Source: Rhodanobacteraceae bacterium
GTDB lineage: Bacteria; Pseudomonadota; Gammaproteobacteria; Xanthomonadales; Rhodanobacteraceae
Direction of reading: 5' to 3'
Length of the DNA stretch: 57,961 nucleotides
NCBI GenBank assembly: GCA_035700365.1
Contig: DASSOQ010000005.1
Span: 1-57,961 of the forward strand
A program made the translations under genes and the position numbers. The notes beneath the pieces were generated by a model. The model was given only the letters and a program-made list of their open reading frames with translations, was not told the DNA's origin and searched no databases. Below, one piece after another: positions 36,861 to 46,669 of this stretch (positions are counted from its first letter, which is position 1; the number at the start of each line of letters is the position of its first letter).

Positions 36861-37777
36861 GCCACGGCGTGCAACGCCTGCTGCGGGTCGGACGGAACAC
36901 GCGCGACATCGGGCGGGCGATCGCATTCCACCGGGACGCGCTCGGCTTCGAGGTCATCGACGCGGATGCGCCACCGCCGACCTGGATGCTGCTTCCCGGC
37001 GTGGATGCGGCACCCTCGCGCTGCGCGCGCCTGGCGCTCGGCGCACAGGAACTCGAATTCACCGAATTCCCGGACGCCGCGCCTTACCCGAACGGCAGCA
37101 CCCCATGCGATCCCTGGTTCCAGCACTGCGCGATCGTCGTGTCCGACATGGACGCCGCGTACCGGCGGCTCGTCGCGCAAGGCACGATTCCGATCACGCA
37201 GGACGGCCCGCAGCAACTTCCGCCTTCCACCGGATCGGTCACGGCGTTCAAGTTCCGTGATCCGGATGGCCACCCGCTGGAGCTGATCGCCTTTCCCGAA
37301 GGCACCGGCGACCCGTGCTGGCAAAAGCCGCGCAGCGGGAACCCCGCGACCCTCGGCATCGACCACAGCGCGATCAGCGTCGCGGACACCGGCCGCAGCG
37401 TCGTGTTCCACGAGCTCCTCGGCCTTGAAGTGGAGGCACGCGGCCTGAACCGAGGCATTGAACAACAGCGGCTCGACGACATGGCCGGTGTCGAGGTCGA
37501 CGTGATCGCGATGCAGGCGGCCGCCCGCACGCCCCACCTGGAACTGCTGGGCTACCGCACACCGCGCGGGCGTGCGGTGGCATCCGAAGCCGTCACCGCC
37601 GTGGTGGCCGACCGCGTGGTCTGGCAGGTGGAAGGCGTGGACGCGCTGCTCGAGGCCGTCACCGCTGGCGGTTTCGCCGACGCGGTGGTCGCGAGCGGCC
37701 GTATCCACGGCGCGACCCTCGCGCTGCTGCGCGATCCGGACGGCCACCGGATGGTCCTGGCCGACGCGGCTGCCTGA
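36857..37777 (+). CDS. two-domain VOC (glyoxalase/bleomycin-resistance/dioxygenase) family protein
   Basis: The GTG overlaps the lactonase stop (GTGA). Two VOC-like halves (AIAFHRDALGFEV...FRDPDGHPLELI and IDHSAISVADT...LLRDPDGHRMVL). Confidence 0.72.
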   Translation: MSHGVQRLLRVGRNTRDIGRAIAFHRDALGFEVIDADAPPPTWMLLPGVDAAPSRCARLALGAQELEFTEFPDAAPYPNGSTPCDPWFQHCAIVVSDMDAAYRRLVAQGTIPITQDGPQQLPPSTGSVTAFKFRDPDGHPLELIAFPEGTGDPCWQKPRSGNPATLGIDHSAISVADTGRSVVFHELLGLEVEARGLNRGIEQQRLDDMAGVEVDVIAMQAAARTPHLELLGYRTPRGRAVASEAVTAVVADRVVWQVEGVDALLEAVTAGGFADAVVASGRIHGATLALLRDPDGHRMVLADAAA

Positions 37778-37839
37778 ACGCCCCGGCAACGCCAGGTTCG
37801 CTACCATCGAAGACTCCGCCTGCGGAGTACCTCCATCCG

Positions 37840-40800
37840 GTGCCACACAGTCATCGTCCCGAAGCATGGATCCGCCGATTCAGGATGCGGCGCGCTGCCC
37901 GCCGTGTCGCGCATGCCCATGCCCTGGCCTCGCCGTATGAGGCCAGCGACGAGGAAGCCCCGCCTACCCCCGCCAATGTCCTGGCCCGGCAGCACGGCCA
38001 GCTCACCAGCGCCGCGCCGTTCGATCTTGCCAAGGCACTGGCCACGCATGACCAGGCCTTGGCGCACGCCTACTCCGTGGCTCGCACCGCCGCCACCGAC
38101 AATCGCCGCATCGAGCCGGCCGCCGAGTGGCTGATCGACAACGTCTACCTGGTCCGCAACGAGATCCGGGAAGTCCGCGAGGCGCTGCCTCCCAAGGTCT
38201 GGCGGCGCCTGCCGCGGCAGGCGGTCGAGGGCGGCATGGCCGTTCCCCGCATGTTGCGGGTGCTGCGCGCATGCATCGCGCAGCTCGACGGCAACATCGA
38301 ACCCGACGCCGTGGAAGACTATCTCGAGGCATATCAGCGCCGCGCTTCGCTCGACCTCGTCGAATTGTGGACGCTGCCGGTGCTCGCGCGGGTCGCGCTG
38401 ATCGAAAGCCTCGCCGCGGGTGCGAACACGATCGCGCGGCGTCTCGAGGCCTATTCGAACGCGGAGTTCTGGGCCGAGCACCTGATCGCGGTCGCGGCAC
38501 GCGCGCCCAACGACATGCTGGGCAGCGTCGCGGAAATGGCCCGCGCGAACCTGTTCGTCTCGCCTGCGTTCGCGGCGGAGTTCTACCGGTTGCTGGAAGG
38601 CAAGCATCCGTCGCTGAAACTCGCGCTCGGCCTCGCCGAACAGCAGCTCGAGCAACAGGGTACCAGCGTGGCGCGGGTGATCGACAGCGAGAGTCGTGCG
38701 CAGGCCGCGGACCAGGTCTCGATCGCCAACCGCATCAACAGCCTGCGGCGCATCTCCGACTACAACTGGTCGGAGCTGATCGAGCGGGTCGGCACGGTCG
38801 ACCGGATCCTGACCGGCGATCCCGCGGACGCGTACATGCGGATGGATTTCACCACCCGCGGTCGCTACCGCCACGCGGTGGAATCGCTCGCCCAGCGCAG
38901 TGGCCGCGACGAACCGGACATCGCTCGGCGGGCAGTCGAACTGGCGCGCGCGGAGTGCCCCCCCGGCTCGGACCCGCGCACGCGCCACGTGGGCTATTAC
39001 CTCGTCGGCGCCGGCCGCGACGCGTTCGCGCGCGACCTCGGGGTGCGCCGGTCCGCCGAGTACCGGATCGCGGCGCGCCTCAGGCGGTGGCCGTCGACGA
39101 CGTACCTCGGCAGCATCTTCATCGCCACGGCGATCATCACGGCGGTGGTCGCCTCGGTGCACCGCTGGTACCTCGCGCCGCTGCCGATCGCCGCCGACGC
39201 CGCGCTGCTGGTCGCGGTGTTCGTCGCGGCCAGCCAGCCGGCTGTGACGCTGGCGAACTGGGTACTCGGGATGCTGGTGCCGGCGCAACTGCTGCCGCGG
39301 ATGTCCTTCAGCGGCGGCATTCCCGATGAATGCCGGACGCTCGTGGTGGTGCCCTGGCTGCTCGGCAGCAGCCGCGGGCTTGCGGACCAGCTCGACGCGC
39401 TGGAAATCCGCTACCTCGGCAACCGCGACCCGAATCTGCGCTACGCGCTGCTGACGGATTTTCCCGACGCGCTGGAGCGCGACATGGCCGGCGACGCCGC
39501 GCTGCTCGCGGCGGCCAGCGCCGGGATCGAGCGCCTCAACGCCAAGCACGCACTGCCGGGCAGCACGCGTTTCTACCTGTTCCACCGCCCGCGCGAGTGG
39601 AACGCGCGGCAATCCGCATGGATGGGCTTCGAGCGCAAGCGCGGCAAGCTGGGGGACTTGAACCGCGTGCTGCGCGGTGCTCGCGCCGCGCGTTTCTTCA
39701 GCAAGGTGGTCGGCGACCTCGCGGCGCTGCAGTGCACCCGCTACGTGATCACGCTGGACGCCGACACCCAGTTGCCGCCGGAGGCCGCGCGCAAGCTGGT
39801 CGAAACCATGGCCCATCCGTTGAACCGGCCCTGGTTCAGCAAGGGCTCGCGCCGGGTGGTCGCCGGCTACGGGCTGCTGCAGCCGAGGATCTCGGTGACC
39901 TACGGCGCCGAGGGCCCCAGCCGCTTCGCGCGGCTTTACAGCGACGCGACCGGTCTCGATCCCTACACCCGCGCGGTTTCGGACGTGTACCAGGACCTGT
40001 TCGGCGAGGCCTCGTTCGTCGGCAAGGGCATCTATGACGTCGACGCCTTCAGCCGCTCCGTCGGCACGCGCTTTCCGAACGACCTGATCCTGTCGCACGA
40101 CCTGCTGGAAGGCAGCTACGCGCGCGCCGGGCTGGTCAGCGACATCGAGCTGATCGAGCACCAGCCGAACCGTTTCAGCGTGGACGTGCGCCGCCGCCAC
40201 CGCTGGACCCGCGGCGACTGGCAGATCGTGCAATGGCTGCTGCCGATCGTGCCGGGCCCGCGCCGGCGCGGACTGCGCAACACCTTGAAGGCCCACCATC
40301 GCTGGAAGATCCTGGACAACCTCCGCCGCGGCGTGGTGCCGCTGGCGATGCTGGCGCTGCTGCTGGGTGGCTGGACCCACAGCAGCCACGGCGCCTACTG
40401 GAGCCTGGTGGTGGTCGCGTTCCTGCTGGGGCCGCCGCTGCTGATCTCGGCCGTCCAGGTGCTGCGCAACCTGTGGCAGCGCGTGCCGCCGCGGCGCTGG
40501 CGGAACACCTGGCGGAACATCCGCCACGAACTTCTGCGCGACGTGTTCGCGATCGCCGTGCTGCCCTTCGAGACCTGGCTCAACCTGGACGCCATCCTGC
40601 TCAGCGGCTGGCGGCTGATCTTCACCCGCCGGCACCTGCTGGAGTGGACGCCGATGACCGACGCGGAACGCGGCGCGGCCTCAAGCCTGCCGGGTTACGC
40701 GCGACTGATGTGGATGGCGCCGACGGTCGCGGTGATCGCCGGTTTCGCGCTCGCCTTCGAGAACCCGGTGGTGCTGCCGCCGGCGCTGCCGTTCCTCGTG

Positions 40801-43800
40801 TTGTGGTTCGCCGCGCCCTTGCTTGCGTGGTGGATCAGCCGCGCCCCCCAACATGCGGCGCTCCCGCTGGACGTCAAGCAGCGCCTGTTCCTGCACGGGG
40901 CGGCGCGTCGCGTCTGGCACTGGTTCGAAACCTTCGTGAACGCGGACGAGCACTGGCTCCCGCCCGACAATGTCCAGGTGTTCCCGGTCGAACAGATCGC
41001 GCGGCGCACCTCGCCAACCAACATCGGGATGGCCCTGCTGGCCAACCTGACCGCCTGCGATTTCGGATACCTCACCCGCGACGGCTTGTTGCGCCGCACC
41101 GGCGCGACCCTCGAAACGCTCCGCAAGCTCCAGCGCCACCGCGGCCACTTCTACAACTGGTACGACACCTCGACCCTCGAGCCGCTGTTGCCGATGTACG
41201 TGTCGAGCGTGGACTCGGGCAACCTGATGGGCTGCCTGCTGGTGCTCGCCAACGCCCTGGACCACACCGACAGCGACCCCCTCGTCCCGCCGAATCTCGC
41301 CAGCGGCCTGCGCGACACCGCGCAGCTCCTGGGCGAACTGCTCCCGACCATGGAGCCGACGGCGCCGCACGCCACCCTGGCGTTGTCGGCGACGCTCGCC
41401 GAACTGGACGCACTTCTGCAGGACGCGATCGCCAACGCCGGCGTGCTGCCGGTCCTGCACGGGCTGCTGGCACGGATCGAAAGCGAATCCGGCAAGCTCG
41501 GGCAGCTGGTGATCGACAACGCGATCGGCGGGGAATTCGCGGAATGGGCGGGGGTGCTGGCCCGCCAGGCGACGGCCGCCTGCGAGGAACTCGACGAGCT
41601 GGCGCCGTGGCTCGGACTCGGCGACTCGGGCAGCGACGACGAACAGGCGCGCGCATGGCTGGTGGAGCTCGAGCACAACCCCGACACCGCCCGCGCCAGG
41701 ACGCTCGCCGCCGGCGTCGTCGGGCGGCTGGAAGCCGAAGGCGCAGCCGATTCCTGCGCTGCGCTGCGCGAACTCCAGGCGACCCTGAACCGGCGCCGCG
41801 ACGATGCCCTGGCCCTGGCCGTGCAGTGCCGGGAATTCGCGGCCATGGACCTCTCGTTCCTGTGGAACGAGCGTCGCGGACAATTCACGATCGGCTATGA
41901 CGTCGCGCGCGACAAGCTCGACGCCAGCCACTACGACCTGCTCGCGTCCGAAGCGCGGATCCTTTCCTATGTGGCGATCGCGCAAGGGCAGGTGCCGCCG
42001 ACCCACTGGTTCCAGCTCGGCCGCCTGCTGACCGTGGCCGCGGGCCGGCCCACGCTGGTGTCGTGGAGCGGCTCGATGTTCGAGTACCTGATGCCGCTGC
42101 TGCTGATGCCGAACTACCGCCACACCCTGATCGCCGATACCTGCGGGGCCGCGGTCGCGCGCCAGATCCAGTACGGCGCGCAGCAGCAGGTGCCCTGGGG
42201 CGTTTCCGAGTCGGCCTACAACGCGACCGATGCCAATCTCGTCTACCAGTACCGTGCGTTCGGCGTGCCCGGGCTGGGCCTCAAGCGCGGCCTCGGCGAG
42301 GACCTGGTGATCGCGCCGTACGCCACGGCAATGGCGCTGATGATCGACCCCGCCGCGGCCTGCGCCAACCTCCAGCGACTCGCGGAGGTCGGCGCGCTGA
42401 CCCGCTACGGTTTCTGGGAAGCGCTCGACTACACCGCCGGGCGCGTCAGCGAGAACGAGGATTTCGCGGTGGTGAAGAGCTGGCTGGCCCATCACCACGG
42501 CATGAGCCTGCTGGCGATGTCCTCGCTGCTGAACCGGCAACCGATGCAGCAGCGCTTCATGCGCGAACCGATGTTCCGCGCCTACGAGCTCCTGCTGCGG
42601 GAGAAGATCCCGGAGGCGCGTCCGCGGCACCCGGCGACGCTCGACGTCGAGCAGCCGCGCCAGACCCGCGCACGCGTCCACGCGCAGACGCGCGAAATCC
42701 TGGACATGGACACGCCGCTCCCGGAAGTGCACCTGCTCTCCAACGGCAACTACCACGTGATGCTGACCCAGGCCGGCGCGGGCTACAGCCGCTGGCGCGA
42801 CCTCGCGCTGACCCGCTGGCACGGCGACGCGGCGAGCGACGACGAGGGGCTGTTCGTGTACCTGCGCGACGTCGACTCGGGCCAGGTGTGGTCGGCGACG
42901 CGGCAGCCCGTGGGCGACACCGGCGGCACCTGCAGCGCCACATTTTCGCAGGCGCGCGCCGAATTCCATCGCACCGATTTCGGCATGGCCACCGAAGTAC
43001 TGGTCGCGGTGTCGGCCGAGGACGACATCGAGCTGCGCCGGTTGCGGATCACCAACCGCACGCTGAAGCCGCGCACGCTCGACATCACCAGCTATGCGGA
43101 GATCGTGCTGGCGCCATCCGCGGCCGATGCGGCACACCCGGTCTTCAGCAAGCTGTTCCTCGAGACCGAATCGGCGCCGGAGCTGGATGCGCTGCTGGCG
43201 ACGCGCCGGGCGCGCAGCCCCGACGACCGCCATCCCTGGATGCTGCACCAGATCACCACCCGTGGCGGCACCATCGGCGAGGGCGGTTTCGAAACCGACC
43301 GCGAAGCGTTCCTCGGGCGGTTGCGCGGACCGTCCAATCCGCAGGCCATGGCCGGGGGCATTCCGCTGGCCGGAAACGCCGGCGCGGTGCTCGATCCGAT
43401 CTTCTCGTTGCGCCGGCGCATCCGGATCCTGCCGGGCCACACCGCCGGCGTCGACATCCTCACCGGCGTCGCTCCCGACCGCGACGCCGCGCTCGCCCTG
43501 GCGCGCAAGTACCGCGAACGGCACCTGCACCAGCGGGTGTTCCAGCTTGCCTGGACGCACGAGCAGGTGGCGTTGCAGCAACTCAACATGACGACAGTCG
43601 AGGCGCAACGCTACGAACGGATCGCGAGCGCACTGCTGTACGGACCGATCGCGGCACGCCGCGACACCGGCGGTGCGCTCCCCGCCCGCTCGGCGCTTTG
43701 GAAGCACGGCATCTCGGGCGACCTCCCGATCGTGCTGGCGCGGATCGCCAACGCCAGCCAGATCGACCTCGTCCGGCATCTGATCCAGGCCCACGGTTAC

Positions 43801-46614
43801 TGGCAGATGCGCGGCCTGCATGCGGACCTCCTGATCTGGAACGAGGAACTGTCGGGCTACCGGCAGGAACTGCAGGAGCACATCCTCTACTTGATCGAAT
43901 CCAGCGCCGAAGCGCGCGGCGGCCTCGGGCGCGGGCGGATGTTCGCCTGGCGCATCGAGCACCTCGCTGCGCCCGATCGCGCACTGATGCTCGCGATGGC
44001 CCGCTGCGTGTTTTCCGGCGACGCCGGCCGCCTGCGCGACCAGATCACGCGCCTGCTGCCACCCGGCGAAGCGAGCAGGCCGATGCCGCGTTCGCCGCGG
44101 CACAAACCGCAAGCCGGCAGCTACGCGCTGCAACTGCCCTCGGAGGACCTTCGCCTCTCCAACGGACTCGGCGGCTTCCGCAACGACGGCAGCGAGTACT
44201 CGATCTGGCTCGCCGGCGACGCGGCAACACCCGCACCCTGGTGCAACGTGCTGGCGAATGCCGGGTTCGGGACGGTGCTCAGTGAAACGGGCGGCGCCTG
44301 CACCTGGAAGGAGAACGCCCACGAATACCGGCTGAGCCCCTGGTACAACGATCCATTGCGCGACCTGAGCGGCGAGGCCGCCTGGCTGCGCGACGAAGCC
44401 ACCGGGGAATACTGGTCGCTGACGCCGCAACCGACGCCGGACGGCGACCCCCACCGGGTGTGCCATGGCTTCGGGTCGAGCCGCTTCGAGCACGTGCACG
44501 CAGACCTCTACAGCGAATGGACCGTTTGCGTTGCCGCCGAGGCGCCGGTCAAGCTGTCGCTGCTGAAGCTCGTCAACAAGAGCGATCGGGTCCGGGTCAT
44601 CTCGCTGACCAGCTACGTCGAGTGGACCCTGACCGAAAACCGCGCACGCAGCATCGGCCACGTGCGGACCTGGATCGACCGGGGCTCCGGCGCGCTGTTC
44701 GCGCGCAACCCGTTCGAGGACACGTTTGCCGATCGCATCGCGTTCCATGCACTGGCGGCGCGGCCGGTGACGCATTGCGCCGACCGCCGCGCCTTCATCG
44801 GCCGCAACCGCGGCCTCGCCGCACCCGCGGCGATGCACCAGGCCCTCGATGGCACCGTGGGTGCGGGCCTCGATGCCTGTTCGGCGCAACGCACGGTGTT
44901 CGAACTCGCCCCGGGCGCGGAAATCGAAACCGTGGTGCTGCTCGGCGCCGCGTCGGGCGAATACGAGGCGCGCGAACTGGTCCGCGCATTCGGGGACGTC
45001 GACGCCGCGTACGCCGAACTCGAGCGGGCGCGCGGCGACTGGCACCACGCAGTGTCGCAATTGCACGTGCGCACTCCCGACGCCGCCACCGACCTGATGG
45101 TGAACGGCTGGCTGCTCTACCAGGTACTGGCCTCGCGGATCTTCGCCCGCAGCGGCTACTACCAGTCGGGCGGCGCGTGGGGTTTCCGCGACCAGTTGCA
45201 GGACGTCATGGCGGTGATGCACACGCGTCCCGACCTCGCGCGCGAGCAGTTGCTGCGTTGTGCGCGGCACCAATTCCGGGAGGGCGACGTGCAGCACTGG
45301 TGGCACCCGCCGGGCGGCAAGGGCGTGCGCACCCGAATTTCCGACGACCTGTTGTGGCTGCCGTGGTGCACGGCCGAGTACGTGCGGGTCACGGGTGACA
45401 CGGCGGTGCTCGACGAGACCGCGCCGTTCATCGAGGGTCGGCCGCTGGCGGCCGACGAGGAGTCCGCCTACGAAGACGCGCACGTCACCGACGACGAGGC
45501 CAGCCTGTACGACCACTGCCTGCGCGCGATACGGGCCAGCCTGAGGTTCGGTGCCCACGGGCTGCCGCTGATCGGCGGCGGCGACTGGAACGACGGCATG
45601 AACCGGTTGGGCCTCGCGGGCCGCGGCGAAAGCGTGTGGCTGGGGATGTTCCTGCACGACGTGCTGATGCGGTTCGCGCCGCTGGCCGGCGCCCGCGGCG
45701 ACGCCGGCAGCGCCCGCGAATTCGGCGCGGTCGCCAGCGAACTCGCATCGATGCTGGAGCGCCACGCCTGGGACGGCGACTGGTACCTGCGCGCGTGGAA
45801 CGACGACGGCGTCGCAATCGGGTCGAACGGGAGCGAAGAGTGCCGGATCGATTCCTTGCCGCAGAGCTGGTCGGTCCTGGCCGGCGTCGGCGATCCGTCG
45901 CGCCGCGAGCGTGCGATGGACGCGGTGCTGGACCGGCTCGTCGACGCCGACGCCGGCATCGTGAAACTGTTTGCGCCGCCATTCGACCAGACGCCGCTCG
46001 ATCCCGGCTACATCAAGGGCTACGTGCCGGGCGTCCGCGAAAACGGCGGTCAGTACACCCACGCCGCGATATGGGCGGCCATGGCGCTGGCGAAGCTCGG
46101 CCGGGCGAACGATGCCTGGCGCATTGCGCGCATGCTGAATCCGGTTCGACACAGCGAGGCCACCGAGGCCGCCCGGCGCTATCGGCTCGAACCGTATGTG
46201 GTCGCCGCCGACGTGTACTCGGCACCCGGCCATCTCGGCCGCGGCGGCTGGAGCTGGTACACGGGATCGGCCGGCTGGATGTACCGGCTGCTCACCGAAT
46301 CGCTGCTCGGCCTGCGTCGCGAAGGCGATCGGCTGACATTCGCGCCGCTGGTGCCGGACGATTGGCGGCGCTGGTCCGCCGATTGGCGCCACGGCGGCAC
46401 GCGCTACCACATCGAGTTCGTGCGTCAGCCCGGCGATTCGGGCGTCGCCGACGTCAGCGTGGACGGTGCCTTGCAATCCGGTCACTCGATCGGTCTGGTC
46501 GACGACGGCGGCAGCCATGAGGTGCTGGTGCGGTTTGCGAAAACGGACGGTGCGCGGGTGAGCGAAGACAACGGGCAGCATGCGAGGTCCATGGACGCGA
46601 GCGGTGTGCGTTGA
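37840..46614 (+). CDS. ndvB: cyclic beta-1,2-glucan synthase (GT84 + central SGL-like cyclization region + GH94-like C-terminus)
   Basis: 2,924 codons. N-terminal TM region, a processive GT core (YVITLDADTQLPPEA, LLQPRISV, RRHRWTRGDWQ), a central alpha/alpha-barrel-like segment, and a large phosphorylase-like C-terminus. Size and order match NdvB/ChvB/Cgs. Start is the GTG at 37840 or the ATG at 37885. Confidence 0.92.
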   Translation: MPHSHRPEAWIRRFRMRRAARRVAHAHALASPYEASDEEAPPTPANVLARQHGQLTSAAPFDLAKALATHDQALAHAYSVARTAATDNRRIEPAAEWLIDNVYLVRNEIREVREALPPKVWRRLPRQAVEGGMAVPRMLRVLRACIAQLDGNIEPDAVEDYLEAYQRRASLDLVELWTLPVLARVALIESLAAGANTIARRLEAYSNAEFWAEHLIAVAARAPNDMLGSVAEMARANLFVSPAFAAEFYRLLEGKHPSLKLALGLAEQQLEQQGTSVARVIDSESRAQAADQVSIANRINSLRRISDYNWSELIERVGTVDRILTGDPADAYMRMDFTTRGRYRHAVESLAQRSGRDEPDIARRAVELARAECPPGSDPRTRHVGYYLVGAGRDAFARDLGVRRSAEYRIAARLRRWPSTTYLGSIFIATAIITAVVASVHRWYLAPLPIAADAALLVAVFVAASQPAVTLANWVLGMLVPAQLLPRMSFSGGIPDECRTLVVVPWLLGSSRGLADQLDALEIRYLGNRDPNLRYALLTDFPDALERDMAGDAALLAAASAGIERLNAKHALPGSTRFYLFHRPREWNARQSAWMGFERKRGKLGDLNRVLRGARAARFFSKVVGDLAALQCTRYVITLDADTQLPPEAARKLVETMAHPLNRPWFSKGSRRVVAGYGLLQPRISVTYGAEGPSRFARLYSDATGLDPYTRAVSDVYQDLFGEASFVGKGIYDVDAFSRSVGTRFPNDLILSHDLLEGSYARAGLVSDIELIEHQPNRFSVDVRRRHRWTRGDWQIVQWLLPIVPGPRRRGLRNTLKAHHRWKILDNLRRGVVPLAMLALLLGGWTHSSHGAYWSLVVVAFLLGPPLLISAVQVLRNLWQRVPPRRWRNTWRNIRHELLRDVFAIAVLPFETWLNLDAILLSGWRLIFTRRHLLEWTPMTDAERGAASSLPGYARLMWMAPTVAVIAGFALAFENPVVLPPALPFLVLWFAAPLLAWWISRAPQHAALPLDVKQRLFLHGAARRVWHWFETFVNADEHWLPPDNVQVFPVEQIARRTSPTNIGMALLANLTACDFGYLTRDGLLRRTGATLETLRKLQRHRGHFYNWYDTSTLEPLLPMYVSSVDSGNLMGCLLVLANALDHTDSDPLVPPNLASGLRDTAQLLGELLPTMEPTAPHATLALSATLAELDALLQDAIANAGVLPVLHGLLARIESESGKLGQLVIDNAIGGEFAEWAGVLARQATAACEELDELAPWLGLGDSGSDDEQARAWLVELEHNPDTARARTLAAGVVGRLEAEGAADSCAALRELQATLNRRRDDALALAVQCREFAAMDLSFLWNERRGQFTIGYDVARDKLDASHYDLLASEARILSYVAIAQGQVPPTHWFQLGRLLTVAAGRPTLVSWSGSMFEYLMPLLLMPNYRHTLIADTCGAAVARQIQYGAQQQVPWGVSESAYNATDANLVYQYRAFGVPGLGLKRGLGEDLVIAPYATAMALMIDPAAACANLQRLAEVGALTRYGFWEALDYTAGRVSENEDFAVVKSWLAHHHGMSLLAMSSLLNRQPMQQRFMREPMFRAYELLLREKIPEARPRHPATLDVEQPRQTRARVHAQTREILDMDTPLPEVHLLSNGNYHVMLTQAGAGYSRWRDLALTRWHGDAASDDEGLFVYLRDVDSGQVWSATRQPVGDTGGTCSATFSQARAEFHRTDFGMATEVLVAVSAEDDIELRRLRITNRTLKPRTLDITSYAEIVLAPSAADAAHPVFSKLFLETESAPELDALLATRRARSPDDRHPWMLHQITTRGGTIGEGGFETDREAFLGRLRGPSNPQAMAGGIPLAGNAGAVLDPIFSLRRRIRILPGHTAGVDILTGVAPDRDAALALARKYRERHLHQRVFQLAWTHEQVALQQLNMTTVEAQRYERIASALLYGPIAARRDTGGALPARSALWKHGISGDLPIVLARIANASQIDLVRHLIQAHGYWQMRGLHADLLIWNEELSGYRQELQEHILYLIESSAEARGGLGRGRMFAWRIEHLAAPDRALMLAMARCVFSGDAGRLRDQITRLLPPGEASRPMPRSPRHKPQAGSYALQLPSEDLRLSNGLGGFRNDGSEYSIWLAGDAATPAPWCNVLANAGFGTVLSETGGACTWKENAHEYRLSPWYNDPLRDLSGEAAWLRDEATGEYWSLTPQPTPDGDPHRVCHGFGSSRFEHVHADLYSEWTVCVAAEAPVKLSLLKLVNKSDRVRVISLTSYVEWTLTENRARSIGHVRTWIDRGSGALFARNPFEDTFADRIAFHALAARPVTHCADRRAFIGRNRGLAAPAAMHQALDGTVGAGLDACSAQRTVFELAPGAEIETVVLLGAASGEYEARELVRAFGDVDAAYAELERARGDWHHAVSQLHVRTPDAATDLMVNGWLLYQVLASRIFARSGYYQSGGAWGFRDQLQDVMAVMHTRPDLAREQLLRCARHQFREGDVQHWWHPPGGKGVRTRISDDLLWLPWCTAEYVRVTGDTAVLDETAPFIEGRPLAADEESAYEDAHVTDDEASLYDHCLRAIRASLRFGAHGLPLIGGGDWNDGMNRLGLAGRGESVWLGMFLHDVLMRFAPLAGARGDAGSAREFGAVASELASMLERHAWDGDWYLRAWNDDGVAIGSNGSEECRIDSLPQSWSVLAGVGDPSRRERAMDAVLDRLVDADAGIVKLFAPPFDQTPLDPGYIKGYVPGVRENGGQYTHAAIWAAMALAKLGRANDAWRIARMLNPVRHSEATEAARRYRLEPYVVAADVYSAPGHLGRGGWSWYTGSAGWMYRLLTESLLGLRREGDRLTFAPLVPDDWRRWSADWRHGGTRYHIEFVRQPGDSGVADVSVDGALQSGHSIGLVDDGGSHEVLVRFAKTDGARVSEDNGQHARSMDASGVR

Positions 46615-46669
46615 CGCCGTGCTCACGCCGGCCGGACAAGATGGTCCGGTCCAGCGAGCCGAATGACGC

